64,000 bases of DNA from an uncultured delta proteobacterium (GTDB lineage: Bacteria; Desulfobacterota; Binatia; DP-6): NCBI GenBank assembly GCA_963815115.1, contig CAWFFN010000012.1, positions 576,001 through 640,000 on the forward strand, written 5' to 3'. Below the pieces are notes generated by a model. That model made no database searches and was not told the origin of the DNA. It saw only the letters and a program-made list of their open reading frames with translations. A program made the position numbers and the translations under genes. Positions 48,469 through 60,482 of this stretch are shown here, one piece after another (position 1 is the stretch's first letter; each line of letters opens with the position of its first letter).

Positions 48469-49825
48469 ATGGACTCGTGGAAGCATCGTTCGGTTTTCTG
48501 GATCGGCGGCACGCTGCTCGCGCTCTCGGCAGCTCCGGCCATGGCAGGCATCGCCGGTACCGGCACGGCGAAGGTGGACGTCAACTTCATCACGCAGAAG
48601 CTCGGGGTCACCGCGACCTTCGCGGACCAGGGCGGTGACATCCCGGGCGTGAATCTGGGAACGCTCGCGCCCTTCATGGCCACCGGCGTGAAGCTCACCG
48701 ACGTGGACGTGCTCACGGGAGGATCGTTCGTCGTGCCGTTCACGAACGGCACGAGCGGCTTCGAGGCGGACGGCGACGCCGCCTGCCCCGCCGCCGGCTG
48801 CGCGACCATTCCGGGCAAATTCGCCTTCGTCGGCGGCCTCAACCAGGCAAACCTCGACGTCGGCCTCCTGCCCTCCGACAAGATCTACACCTTCGACGGC
48901 TCGGTCGACTGCACCGGCAACCCCTTCGCGGGCGTCAGCTGCACGGGACCCTTCGCGCTCAACTTCTTCGAGCCGAGCGATTTCCCGGCAGGCGCCCGGG
49001 TGGTGATCCCCGGCTCGGCGACCTACTTCGATCCGCTGCTCGGCGTGACTCGCCAGCTCGACACCCGCGTGACGCTGACCAACGCCTCGGCGGGCACGCT
49101 CGACGTGACGGCCTTCTCGCGCCGGCGTGGCGCGATCCCGCCTCCGTACCTGACCAGCACGGACGGCTTCAACGCCATCTACTTCGACGTTGCCACCGGA
49201 GCCATCTTCACCGACGCGGAGATCTGCGTGGTGGTGGACGCCGACCATGACGGCATCGTGGACGGCACCCAGACCGCCGTCAGCCGGCTCGAGGGCCTGC
49301 ACTTCGTCGGCAAGGCGTTCGTGCTCGAGACCATTCGCATCGACGACATCTACGCCTGTCTCACGGTGAACTCGCTGTCCCCGTTCGCGCTGGTCGCGAG
49401 CCCGCCGCCGGCCACGGTCAACGACCACGACCACCCTGCCGTCGTCCGGTCCCACCACGACGACCCCCACGTCGCCCGGTGCGGGAGGGACGACGACCAC
49501 CACCATTCCCGCGTGCACGACGGCGCGAGATTGTCTCGGCCGCCTGAAGGCCAGCGTGGACTGCCCGGAGGGCCTCGATCCCAAGCTCGGCTCGTTCATC
49601 GACAAGAAGATCGGCGCAGCGTCGGCGCGGCTCGCGAAGGCCGAGGCCAAGCCCACCAAGGCGGCGAAATTCGGCAGGCAGGCTCGCATCCTGGTGACGG
49701 CCATCGATCGCAAGGCCGCGGTGCTGCTCAAGCGAAAGAAGAAGCCGATCTCCGCCGAGTGCCGGGCGAGCATCGGCGAAGCGGTCGCCCCCGTTCTCCA
49801 AGCGATCGGCGCCGGCCAGCTCTAG
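48469..49825 (+). pseudogene. Secreted Thr-linker protein with +1 frameshift at ~49416 (pseudogene or sequencing error)
   Basis: Frame 1 reads ...NSLSPFALVASPPPAT; the next frame continues STTTTTLPSSG...DCPEGLDPKLGSFIDKK to the stop at 49825. Confidence 0.7.
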
Positions 49826-51004
49826 CGCTGCGCGGTCCTGGCAGCCTCCGTCGCCGACGTCCCGCCGAGGGCGTCGGCGACGGCGGCGCTCAGGAGGTCG
49901 GCCGAACGATCCTCGGTGGCCAGGGCGGCGCCCGCCGCCTGCGCCGCCGCCGGACGCTCCTTGCCGGAGCGGATCGCGGCGGCCAGCTGCTCGAGCGATG
50001 CCGTCAGCCGGAAGTCGTGGCCGCCGAGCACGGCCAGTCGCGCGGCGGCGTCGTCCCCCCGCCCGTCGGCCGCATCGTACGCCGCCAGCAGCATCCCCGC
50101 CGCCGCGTGCACGTAGGCCTCGTCGCTGGCCTCCGCCTTCGCGGCTTCCGGCGCTGCTGCGGCAGGCCCTTCCAGCCGCCAGAGGGCGAGCGCGCGCCGC
50201 AGGCGGACCCAGCGCAGCTCGCGCTGCACGTTGCGCCACGCGCCATCCACCCCTCCCTCGTCCAGCCCGCGCGGCACCTTGCGCTCGCTCGCCCGCAGCA
50301 GGGCTTCCGCCTTCTCCCAGTCCCCGCGCGCGAGGAGCAGGTTCGCGCGGACGGAGTCCTGGATCATCTGCGCCACCACCTCGGCCGGGACACGGTCGAG
50401 CTGCCGCCGCGCGGCCGTGGAATCGCCGGCGAGCAGCTGCCAGCGCGCCAGCTCGAGACGGGGGCCGTCGCTCCAGGCGCTCGACGCGGCGGCGAGGCCC
50501 TTCAACGTGACCCGCGCCGTGGTCCGATCGCCGGAAGCGACGAGCGCACGCGCCAGCAGCAGACCGCTCCGCTCGTCGCCCGCATCGAGCTTGGTCGCCG
50601 TGCGGGCGTAGCCGACCGCCACGGCAGGCGCCCCCGCCGCGAGCGCCGTCGAGGCGCACAGGGCGGCGGTGTGGCCGCCGGCAGCTCCGCGAGCATGCGG
50701 GCTGGTCTGGTCCTCGGCGAGCAGCTGGTCGAAGACCGCACGCGCCTCGGACTCGCGACCGGCGCGCAGCAGGGCCCCGGCCCAGCGCAGCCGGTCGCCC
50801 TGGGCGAGCGTGTCCTTGGCGCGCGTCTCGTAGACCGCCAGGGCCTCCTTCAGCTTCCCGTCCCGGTCGAGCTTCAGGGCCATGTAGAAGGGCGGAGGGC
50901 CGGCTTCGGACTGTACCGGTGCGTCGCCCGGTGTCGGCCCAGGACGGCGCGGCCAGGAGCAGAACGAGGCAGGGGAGGTTCGTGAGCACGCGTCGGATCG
51001 TCAT
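49822..51004 (-). pseudogene. Exported TPR-like helical protein with single-base frameshift at ~50928 just after the signal peptide
   Basis: MTIRRVLTNLPCLVLLLAAPSWADT signal peptide in one frame; GDAPVQSEAGPPPFYMALKLDR... body in another. Confidence 0.6.
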
Positions 51005-51078
51005 GTCGGGTGGCCCGGGTAGTGTCCGGGACCCGGCGCACAGGGGAGGACGCCGGGTCCCGGAGCAGGTTCTGGGGT

Positions 51079-52488
51079 TCAGATCGTGTTCAGGAAGTCC
51101 ACCACCGCCTGTTGATCGGTGGCGGAGAGTCCGTTGAACCCGTTTCGAGCTGCGGTTGCCTGACCGTCGTGCAGCTTGATCGCGTCGGCGATCGACTCGC
51201 CGCGGCCGTCGTGCAGGAAGCGGCTCTTCCCCCGGACGCCCCAGAGCGGAGCCGTCCGCATCATGCGAGGTCCGGCCGCGCCCGACGTGATGCCGTCTCC
51301 GAGCGCTCCCATGTCGTGCAGCAGGAAGTCGGAGTAGGGATGGATGGTCTCGTTCCCGAGGAACTGGTTGAGGCTCGCGCTGATGGGGACGCCTCCGGTC
51401 GTCTTCGGGATGAAGGCCGCCGGGTTGGCCGCCGTCTGGATGGTGGAGACATGGCAGCCCGAGCAGCCGAGGGACGAGAACAGGCCCGCGCCACGCCGGG
51501 CCGAGCTGGTCTGCGCCAGCACCGGGGGCGCGTCCAGCATGCGCATGAAGTCGGCGAAGTGGTCGATGTCCGCCCGACCGGTCTCGTCGGTGGTGTCCTC
51601 CGGATCGTCGTTCGCGTCGAGCAGGACGCCGAACTGGCTCCTGTTGAGCGCGCACCTGCTGCGCTCGTTGGGCTGATCGGGGCTCGTGATGCCCATCTCG
51701 TTCAGATAGGCGTCCGAGGCGAATCCGCGCAGGGTCGCGATGTCGTCCTTCCATCCGAAGCGTGCGACGCGCGTGGCGCCGAGCTCGTTGACCTGCTTGA
51801 CGGTGCCCCGGATCGACGACGGCTGATTGGCGGCGATGGCGGTGAGCGTCGAGTCGGCGATCGCCTCGATGAAGCCGAAGCCGAAGAGCGGCGTCGACTG
51901 GCGCTCGGCGGTGCAGTTCCCGCCGTTCAGGAACGCGGTGCTCGTCGGATCGCAGATCGGCAGCGTGGTGAGGAACGTCGTCCGGGTCGCTTCCTCGTTC
52001 TGGCACTTCGAGAGGTTGCACCTGGGCGAGCTGATCTGGCAGCCGATCGGCGTGGCCTCGACGCCCGTCGGGAAGATGGTCTGGTTGCCCTGCTTCTGCG
52101 GGCCGAGGCGCAGGATGTTGTCGCTGGCGAAGAGGTGCAGCGGTCCGCCGGCGTTGTTGTTGCGTACGCGGATCTCGTTGATGAAGCCGCCCGAGCCGCC
52201 GAGCGCGGGCTGGAAGTGGCAGCTTCCGCAGGCGCGGCTGTTGAAGATCGGTCCCATCTGCGGCAGGGTCTCGACCTCCGAGAAGTCGATCTGGCCGTCC
52301 GCGAACAGTGCGAAGTTGGCGGTGTTGCCGTTGGCCACCTCGCCGATGACGCCGAGCAGGGGGATGCCGAACCCGGACAGGTTCGGGATGTTGGTGTTGA
52401 GCGGGAGCTGAGCGCGGGCCGGTGCGGCGAGGGCGACGAGCCCGACGACGGCGCCCGCTACGGTCGAGTTCCAGAAACTGTGTCGCAT
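51079..52488 (-). CDS. Di-heme oxidoreductase/putative peroxidase (DHOR family)
   Basis: Signal peptide, GPIFNSRACGSCH, RFGWK, CSGCH, YSDFLLHDMG, RTAPLWG, FLHDGR. Confidence 0.9.
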   Translation of the reverse strand: MRHSFWNSTVAGAVVGLVALAAPARAQLPLNTNIPNLSGFGIPLLGVIGEVANGNTANFALFADGQIDFSEVETLPQMGPIFNSRACGSCHFQPALGGSGGFINEIRVRNNNAGGPLHLFASDNILRLGPQKQGNQTIFPTGVEATPIGCQISSPRCNLSKCQNEEATRTTFLTTLPICDPTSTAFLNGGNCTAERQSTPLFGFGFIEAIADSTLTAIAANQPSSIRGTVKQVNELGATRVARFGWKDDIATLRGFASDAYLNEMGITSPDQPNERSRCALNRSQFGVLLDANDDPEDTTDETGRADIDHFADFMRMLDAPPVLAQTSSARRGAGLFSSLGCSGCHVSTIQTAANPAAFIPKTTGGVPISASLNQFLGNETIHPYSDFLLHDMGALGDGITSGAAGPRMMRTAPLWGVRGKSRFLHDGRGESIADAIKLHDGQATAARNGFNGLSATDQQAVVDFLNTI

Positions 52489-52861
52489 GTACTCCTCCGG
52501 CTGTCGTATCGATGTTTCGTGCATCGACCAGCTGACGGGGCACCGTCCTCGGCAATCGGGCCGGCCCCCCGGACAAGGCTCGCTTCCGTGCCGGGCGGGG
52601 CGCGTCCGCGACCGCAACCACTGCGACGTCCGTGGCACGCGACACCCGTGCTCACCCCGGCTTCGCTCAGGGATGCACCGATCATGAATTTTGTGATTGA
52701 GCGCCGCTGCGGCGCTCGACTCACGTCACGCAAGATCGATGCCGCGCTTCGAGTCCCGAATTGCGGTCAGATCGCGTGAGCCGGGCGGCGGACTGCTTCC
52801 ATCGGACACACCTCGGCTGCTCCTCGCTGTGTCCGCCGGACGCAGATGGCGGCGCGCAGGG

Positions 52862-54361
<1,500 letters not shown>

Positions 54362-54784
54362 GGTCTCGGACGCGAACGGCTCCAGGTGATCGCCGCCGCC
54401 GCGAGCGGCGCGTGTTCGACACTCGTCGCGTGCGTGGGCTGGCGTCGGTGCCGCCAAATCCCGTGACCCCCCGTGCATGTCCAGTGAACCTGCGTGAAGC
54501 GCCGCACGTTTACTCTCGGAGTGCGCGCGCAGTCAAGGTGAGCGCCGCGCGCGTTGCGCGCGCAAATCGAGGCGAAGCACCGCATTGAATCTTCATGCGA
54601 CGCTTGATGCGCGTCACCAGTGAATGACGCATCGCTATCGCCGCGAGGCGGGTGCGTCTGCGACGCAGCGGGACGCGATCGAACGCGGAGCGTCAGCGTT
54701 CGACCGCCATCCTGACTGCGACCTTTGGGCGGCTCCACCGCCCGATTGGACGTCAACGGAAATTGGCGTGCGCGCGTCGGTGCG

Positions 54785-54985
54785 ACGGAATCTGCCGAAT
54801 CCAGCTTCCCGACGCGCTGGAGAAGTAGTCAAGCGACCGATACACCGCATCGACGAGGCTCTGTCTCAAGTCGGTCGACAACCGGCTGCAACCTCCCGGC
54901 ATGCAGGACAGCGTGATCATGAGCGAGGATGCGTTCGGCCACTCGGGCTTCGGCGGCTCGATCGGATTCGCCGATCCGGAGGCCC
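54785..54985. pseudogene. Two head-to-head fragments of a beta-lactamase-like serine hydrolase C-terminus
   Basis: + strand KSVDNRLQPPGMQDSVIMSEDAFGHSGFGGSIGFADPEA; - strand RQSLVDAVYRSLDYFSSASGSW. Confidence 0.55.
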
Positions 54986-55191
54986 GTCCAGCAACGGACC
55001 ATCCGGCTGCACCGGGAGCTGCTCGAGGACGAGGTCCGGCGCGGGGGGCGCTCACCCTACCGGTCGACGTGCACACGATGGCCTACGCCCTGGTCCGCAT
55101 CGCCGAGTGGTTTCTCTACGCCGACGCCATCGCGGGGGAGCGGCCCGACCTCGAGAAGGCAGAGGAGATCCTCCGGCTCGTGCTCCGCTGA
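54986..55191 (+). pseudogene. C-terminal remnant of a QsdR-type TetR regulator, frameshifted in a G6 run (55043-55048)
   Basis: VQQRTIRLHRELLEDEVRRG / ALTLPVDVHTMAYALVRIAEWFLYADAIAGERPDLEKA. Confidence 0.6.
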
Positions 55192-55358
55192 GCGGGGTCG
55201 TCGGCGGCGTCGCTGTCGGGCCGCTGCTGGAGGGGATTTCTGCCACGCGATGCCGCCGGACGGGGCAGGGTGCCGCCCGCGTGGTGAGCACGCGTGACGT
55301 CCGGGTATCCACTCGAAAGGTCTCCTGCGTGGCCGCTGATTTGCTATGGTGGGACGAT

Positions 55359-56363
55359 ATGCTCGGAGTCGCACGAGCCGAGACGTCTGCACTCGTCATC
55401 ACCCGGCCGGCGGAACGGACCGCGCCGGCTCGCCGGCTCGCCTGCCTGGACGCCTGCCGCGGCATCGCCGTCATCGGCATGCTGGTTGCCAACCTGGTCA
55501 ACGTCTGCCTGCACGACGTCCCGCGGGTCCTGACGCACAACTACGGAGACACGCTCCGCCTGTTCGACCTCCCGGCACCCCTCTTCCAGTTCCTGGTCGG
55601 GGTGTCGCTGCCACTGTTCCTGAGGCAGCGCCGTCGGGCGGGACGTGGGGAGCGCGAGGCCGGTCTGGACGCCGTCCGGCGCTTCTCGTTGCTCATCGCG
55701 CTCGGCGTCCTACTCGACGGGGCCGGTGCGCTGTCGCTCGTGCCGCGCTGGGGCGTGCTGCAGACGCTGGGGCTCGGCGGTATCATCGCGACTGCGTTCG
55801 TCGGGCTGCCGCGATCGGCGAGCGTGGCGGTCGCCCTGGTATTGCTTGCGCTCTTCTCGGGCCTCGCGAACGGCGTCGTGCACGCGAGCCCCGAGGCCGC
55901 GCTGGCCTTCGTGCCGCTCACGTTCGCCGGCCTGTTCGTGGGAGAGGCGTTCGCTCGAGAGGGCGGAGCGCGAGTCGCCGCGCGGCGGGCCGCGTACCTT
56001 GCCGCCGTGACGTTCCCGCTCGCCGCCGGCCTCTGGGCGGGCGGCGTGCCGTTCAACAAGCTGATCGGCACCAGCAGCTTCGTCGCGCTGTCCACGGCAA
56101 CCTCGGCGACGGTGTTTGCACTCGCCGCCCGGGTGGATGCCGAAGGAGGCCGGTTCCCCGCCTGGCTGCTCGCGACCGGTCGCAGTGCGCTCACTGCCTG
56201 GGTGCTGCTCTACGTGCTGGTGTACTATCCTGCCTGGCTCGTGTTCCCGGGCTGGGAGCGCCTCGCGTTGTCGCGGGGGCTGGTGGCCGTCGCGGCGATC
56301 ACCGCCGTGCTGTGCGCCACGACGGTCTCGCTCGAGCGGCGCAGCATCCGCGTCCCGCTCTGA
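55359..56363 (+). CDS. HGSNAT/DUF1624-like membrane acyltransferase
   Basis: RRLACLDACRGIAVIGMLVAN, DLPAPLFQFLVGVS, WGVLQTLG, PFNKLIGTSSF. Confidence 0.85.
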   Translation: MLGVARAETSALVITRPAERTAPARRLACLDACRGIAVIGMLVANLVNVCLHDVPRVLTHNYGDTLRLFDLPAPLFQFLVGVSLPLFLRQRRRAGRGEREAGLDAVRRFSLLIALGVLLDGAGALSLVPRWGVLQTLGLGGIIATAFVGLPRSASVAVALVLLALFSGLANGVVHASPEAALAFVPLTFAGLFVGEAFAREGGARVAARRAAYLAAVTFPLAAGLWAGGVPFNKLIGTSSFVALSTATSATVFALAARVDAEGGRFPAWLLATGRSALTAWVLLYVLVYYPAWLVFPGWERLALSRGLVAVAAITAVLCATTVSLERRSIRVPL

Positions 56364-56369
56364 AGAACC

Positions 56370-56394
56370 CGACCCGACACGGAGTCTCGGGTCG
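56370..56394. repeat. Third copy of the REP-like palindrome, between convergent genes
   Basis: CGACCCGACAC-GGA-GTCTCGGGTCG. Confidence 0.7.
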
Positions 56395-56398
56395 CGCT

Positions 56399-56761
56399 CT
56401 ACTCGAGCAGCTCCAGGACGCGTTCCGACGGGCGTGCGATGACCGCACGCTGGCCCTGGATCACGACCGGGCGCTCCATCAGCTCTGGATGGCGGAGCAG
56501 CAGGTCGACCACCTGCGAGCGCGTGACGTAGTCCTCGGCGCGCAGGCCGAGCTCCCGGAAGCGCTTGTCCTTGCGGACGAGGTCTGCTGGAGGGCCGCCC
56601 AGCAGTCCGAGGATGCGCTCGAGCGTGGCTGGATCGGGCGGATGGTCGAGATACTCGATCACATCGGCCTCCAGGCCCCGCTGGCGCAGGATCTCGAGCG
56701 CTCCGCGCGACTTCCCGCACGCGGGGTTGTGGTAGATGGTGACGGAGCCGTCGGCGCTCAT
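56399..56761 (-). CDS. arsC: ArsC/Spx-family (glutaredoxin-type arsenate reductase-like) protein
   Basis: IYHNPACGKSR, LMERPVV, IARP. Confidence 0.85.
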   Translation of the reverse strand: MSADGSVTIYHNPACGKSRGALEILRQRGLEADVIEYLDHPPDPATLERILGLLGGPPADLVRKDKRFRELGLRAEDYVTRSQVVDLLLRHPELMERPVVIQGQRAVIARPSERVLELLE

Positions 56762-56856
56762 CCGTGCTGGTGGTACTGCGGATCGGCACGGACGTCCAGC
56801 CGCTGGCAGCGGCCGCACTTGCCATCGCCCCCGCGCATCAGTAGGTCGCGACGGGG

Positions 56857-58071
56857 ATGCGGCGCCTGCTGGAGCTGGTCGAGCTGGAGGACGTCGTCGA
56901 CATCCTGCTCGTCACCACGCTGGTCTACACCGCCGTGGTCTGGATCCGCCGCACCCAGGCGGCGTTCGTCGCCATCGGTCTCTTCCTCCTGGCCGTGCTC
57001 TACGTGCTGGCCGAGGCGTTCGATCTCCAGCTCACGACGGCCATCTTCCGCAGCTTCTTCGCCATCTCGGTGGTGATCATCGTGGTGCTCTTCCAGGAGG
57101 AGCTGCGGCAGCTCTTCGAACGCCTGGGCGTGTGGAGCATGCGCCGGGGACGGTCGACCGCCGCCCGGTCCGCGCCCGCCGACATCCTGGTCGAGGCGCT
57201 CACCGACCTCGCGCGCCAGCGCGTCGGCGCGCTCGTCGTGCTGCCGGGAACGCAGCCGATCGCTCGCCACGTGCGCGGCGGCCTCGCGCTCGACGGGGTG
57301 CTGAGCGTGCCGCTCGTGAAGAGCATCTTCGACCCCCACTCCCCGGGACACGACGGAGCGGTGATCGTCGACGGCGATCGCGTGATCCGCTTTGCGGCGC
57401 ATCTCCCGCTGTCGACCAACTTCCTCGCCCTGGTCGGCGTCGGAACCCGGCACAGCGCCGCGCTGGGGCTCGCCGAGCTGACCGATGCCCTCTGCCTCGT
57501 GGTATCCGAGGAGCGAGGCGAGATCTCGGTGGCGCGCGACGGCAGACTTCGACGCCTGACCGATCCCGCGACCCTGAGCGCGGAGCTGGGACGCTTCCTG
57601 CACCAGCTCCGGCCGGACGACGGCGAGCGACGCTCCTTCTGGCTTCAGCTGCTGCGCGAGCACTGGGCCGAGAAGATCGCCTCGCTCGTGTTCGTGTCGG
57701 CGCTGTGGCTCGCGGTGGTCCCCGGAGCGCGCCCGCTCGAACGGACCTTCCGGGTGCCGGTGCAAGTCGCCAACCTGCCGCCCGAGCTGGTGGTCGACGA
57801 GGTGAAGCCGAAGGACGTGGAGGTGAAGCTGGCCGGGCTGCGCCGGGAGTTCTACCTGTTCAATCCCCGCTTCCTCCGCATCACCGTCGATGCTCGCCTG
57901 GCAAGCGCCGGCCGGAAGACCTTCCAGGTCCTCGACCGCGATCTCCGCTACCCGAAGGCGCTCACGCTCGACGGGATCGAGCCGGACAGCGTGCGGATCA
58001 CGGTGCGGCGGGCCGAGACGCCCGCGCCCCCCGAGGAAACACCCGCCGAGCCCGAGTCGCCCGTGCCCTGA
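56857..58071 (+). CDS. cdaA: Diadenylate cyclase CdaA/DacA fused to YbbR domain
   Basis: 3 N-terminal TMs, FQEELR, GHDGAV, GTRHSAALG, VSEERG, then TM + YbbR. Confidence 0.88.
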   Translation: MRRLLELVELEDVVDILLVTTLVYTAVVWIRRTQAAFVAIGLFLLAVLYVLAEAFDLQLTTAIFRSFFAISVVIIVVLFQEELRQLFERLGVWSMRRGRSTAARSAPADILVEALTDLARQRVGALVVLPGTQPIARHVRGGLALDGVLSVPLVKSIFDPHSPGHDGAVIVDGDRVIRFAAHLPLSTNFLALVGVGTRHSAALGLAELTDALCLVVSEERGEISVARDGRLRRLTDPATLSAELGRFLHQLRPDDGERRSFWLQLLREHWAEKIASLVFVSALWLAVVPGARPLERTFRVPVQVANLPPELVVDEVKPKDVEVKLAGLRREFYLFNPRFLRITVDARLASAGRKTFQVLDRDLRYPKALTLDGIEPDSVRITVRRAETPAPPEETPAEPESPVP

Positions 58072-58077
58072 CGCCTC

Positions 58078-58779
58078 GTGTATCCGACCTGGAACACCTT
58101 CTATCACAGTGACGTCCAGGGGCTCTGGGGCCTCATCGTCCTGCCGGCGCTGTTTCTCCTCGTCCGGCCCTGGCGGCGTCCGCGGCGTGCGGGTGCCGAC
58201 CCGCGAGCGGCGGACTTCGTGTGTGCCTGGGCGACGGTGTTCACCCTCGAGACGATCGCCGATCCGCCGGCCATCGTTCTTCTCGGCCTGCCCGTCCTCC
58301 CCTTCGTTCTCCTCGGCGACTTCCGGGTCTTTCTCCTCGTGCTGGGCGTCGCCGAGCCCGACCGGCCGCTCGCCGGAACCATCGCGCGTGCCGCCGCCTG
58401 GACGATGGTCGTGCCGCTGATCGCGTGGTCGTCGTACCGGCTGGCGATCGTCCTCGCCGGCCCGATACCCGAGCTGGTGCTCTGGCTGGTCTACGAGATC
58501 GCCTTCGTCGCCCTGGCGCTCTGGTGGCGAGCGCGCCGCGTCCCGGCACGCCGGCCGATCGCGCTCCGCTACCTGCGCGCGGTGCTGGCGTACGTCGCCG
58601 TGTACTATGCCCTCTGGGGAGTGGCCGACGTGCTGCTCCTCGCGGGCTTCGACGCGGGCTGGGCGCTCCGCGTGATCCCGAATCAGCTCTACTACTCGTT
58701 CTGGGTGCCGGTCGCCTGGGGGCTGTTCTTCTCGCGCCGGTACGCCTCGACGAGGAGCCCGGTCCAGGCGCGGAGGTAG
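58078..58779 (+). CDS. Hypothetical multi-TM membrane protein
   Basis: About 6 hydrophobic helices, GC3-biased codons, follows cdaA by 6 nt. Confidence 0.7.
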   Translation: MYPTWNTFYHSDVQGLWGLIVLPALFLLVRPWRRPRRAGADPRAADFVCAWATVFTLETIADPPAIVLLGLPVLPFVLLGDFRVFLLVLGVAEPDRPLAGTIARAAAWTMVVPLIAWSSYRLAIVLAGPIPELVLWLVYEIAFVALALWWRARRVPARRPIALRYLRAVLAYVAVYYALWGVADVLLLAGFDAGWALRVIPNQLYYSFWVPVAWGLFFSRRYASTRSPVQARR

Positions 58780-60482
58780 CGCAGCCCGCGCGCCGCATCG
58801 GCGCCCCGCGGATCGCCGACGGTGCCCTCGGGCGCGTGCATCCGGAGATCGGGATGGAACAGCTTCTGGGCGTCGTCGGTGCCGGTGAGCAGTCCCGCCG
58901 ACAGCGCCCCGCTGCGCACGCGCGCGGGAGCGAGGGCGAGGAGGATGGAGGTCTCGACCTCGCCGGCGTGATGGCCGGCGGCCGCTGGATCGACTCCGGC
59001 CGCCGCGCTCTCGGCGTGCAGCACGGCCGTCAGACGATCCAGATCGGTGAAGGCATCGACCTCGACGGCGCCGCAGTCACGGCGCAGCGCGGGCAGCCCG
59101 GCACGCAGCGGCTCCGCGTTGCCGCCGTGCGCGGAGAAGATGAACGCCCGGGCAATGCCATGGCGGCCGAGGGCGCGGATCGTGTCACGCAGCACCGCCA
59201 TCAGCGTCGCCGGCTCCACGTGCAGCGTCCCCGGAAACGACAGGTGCTCGCTGGCGCACCCGATGGGCAGGGTCGGACACGCGACGGCGTCGCCCACCGC
59301 CGCGCACAGGCGCTCGGCCAGCGCGTCACCGATCGCGGTGTCGGTGTCGAGCGGCAGGTGAGGGCCGTGCTGCTCCGTCGAGCCGAGCGGCAGCACGGCC
59401 GTCCGGCAGCCGCGCGCGACCAGCGCCGCGACCTCGGGCCAGACGTGCTCCGCCATGCGCCGGCCCGCCGGCAGCGCTGCCAGGGCATAGAGCGGCTGCT
59501 CGCGGTCGCGTCCGGGCCAGCGCACCTGATCCACGGCGCGTGCCTCGAGATCGCGCAGCAGGAGCGTGTTCAGCTGCATCTCGTGCTCGAGCAGGGCAAG
59601 GGGCATCGGCAGCGTCGCAGGCAGGCGGACGAGCGCGTGGCGCTGCGGGACGAGCACGGCCTCCAGGCGCGCGAGGAGCGGCTCCTCGTCGCGCGCGTCC
59701 GGGCGGGTCAGCGCGAGAAAGGTGGCGGGTGCCGCGAACGCCTGCTGGAACGGTCCGTGCGCGAACTCGAGCGGGTCCCACACCGGCGGCAGCGGGCGGA
59801 GCATGCCTTCGAGCACCTTGCGCCGGAGGTTGCTCACCAGGTCGACGTAGGATCCCGACGCGACGAGCGCGAGAGGCGCGGCGAGCGTCGCGGGCGTGAC
59901 GGCGGCCACGGCCGCCGGGGCGGCCTCCAGCGCGGCCTCGAGGCCGCCGTGCGGCACGGGAACGCGGACGCCGAAGCTGCCCGCGAGCCGCAGCGCACAC
60001 ACGAGGCCGGTGAGCGGGCCGATGACACGAACCAGCGTCCCGTACTCGTCCTCGCCGGCAAAGTGCACCACCGCGATGCCGCGCCCGCGAAGCGGCGCCA
60101 GCCGACCGGGGTCGGTCACGGCCGTCGCCAGCACCAGACGCTGCCAGCGCGCGGCATGGGTGAGGACGAGCTGGGCGTTCGGCGACAGTCCCTGGGAGAA
60201 GACGACGAGGGCGTCGTCGGCGTGCTCCGGGCCGGGCGCGAGCAGTGCGCTGGGGGGAAGGAAGCGGGCGGGGAGGGTGGTGTGCTCCGCGACCAGGTGG
60301 GCGAGGAGACGGGCGTGCGCTTCGGAGCTGCCGATCCCGGTCGTCGCCAGCCGGCGAGCTCGCAGCGGGCCGAGATCGAGCGCCACGTCCGTCTCGCGGG
60401 CGGCGCGGGCGACGATCGCGGGCAGCCGCGCCACCCGTTCCGTGAGGATCCGGTGGCCCTCGCGCCAGCCGTCACCCGTCAT
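58692..60482 (-). CDS. Fusion of a double-SIS (GlmS/FrlB-like) domain and a creatininase/FAPy-deformylase domain
   Basis: TTGIGSS, VFSQGLSPNA, LEFAHGPF (SIS); LPLGSTEQHGPHLPLDTD, SEHLSFPGT, HGGN, HAGEVETS (creatininase); ATGA overlap with ribA-like gene. Confidence 0.85.
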   Translation of the reverse strand: MTGDGWREGHRILTERVARLPAIVARAARETDVALDLGPLRARRLATTGIGSSEAHARLLAHLVAEHTTLPARFLPPSALLAPGPEHADDALVVFSQGLSPNAQLVLTHAARWQRLVLATAVTDPGRLAPLRGRGIAVVHFAGEDEYGTLVRVIGPLTGLVCALRLAGSFGVRVPVPHGGLEAALEAAPAAVAAVTPATLAAPLALVASGSYVDLVSNLRRKVLEGMLRPLPPVWDPLEFAHGPFQQAFAAPATFLALTRPDARDEEPLLARLEAVLVPQRHALVRLPATLPMPLALLEHEMQLNTLLLRDLEARAVDQVRWPGRDREQPLYALAALPAGRRMAEHVWPEVAALVARGCRTAVLPLGSTEQHGPHLPLDTDTAIGDALAERLCAAVGDAVACPTLPIGCASEHLSFPGTLHVEPATLMAVLRDTIRALGRHGIARAFIFSAHGGNAEPLRAGLPALRRDCGAVEVDAFTDLDRLTAVLHAESAAAGVDPAAAGHHAGEVETSILLALAPARVRSGALSAGLLTGTDDAQKLFHPDLRMHAPEGTVGDPRGADAARGLRYLRAWTGLLVEAYRREKNSPQATGTQNE

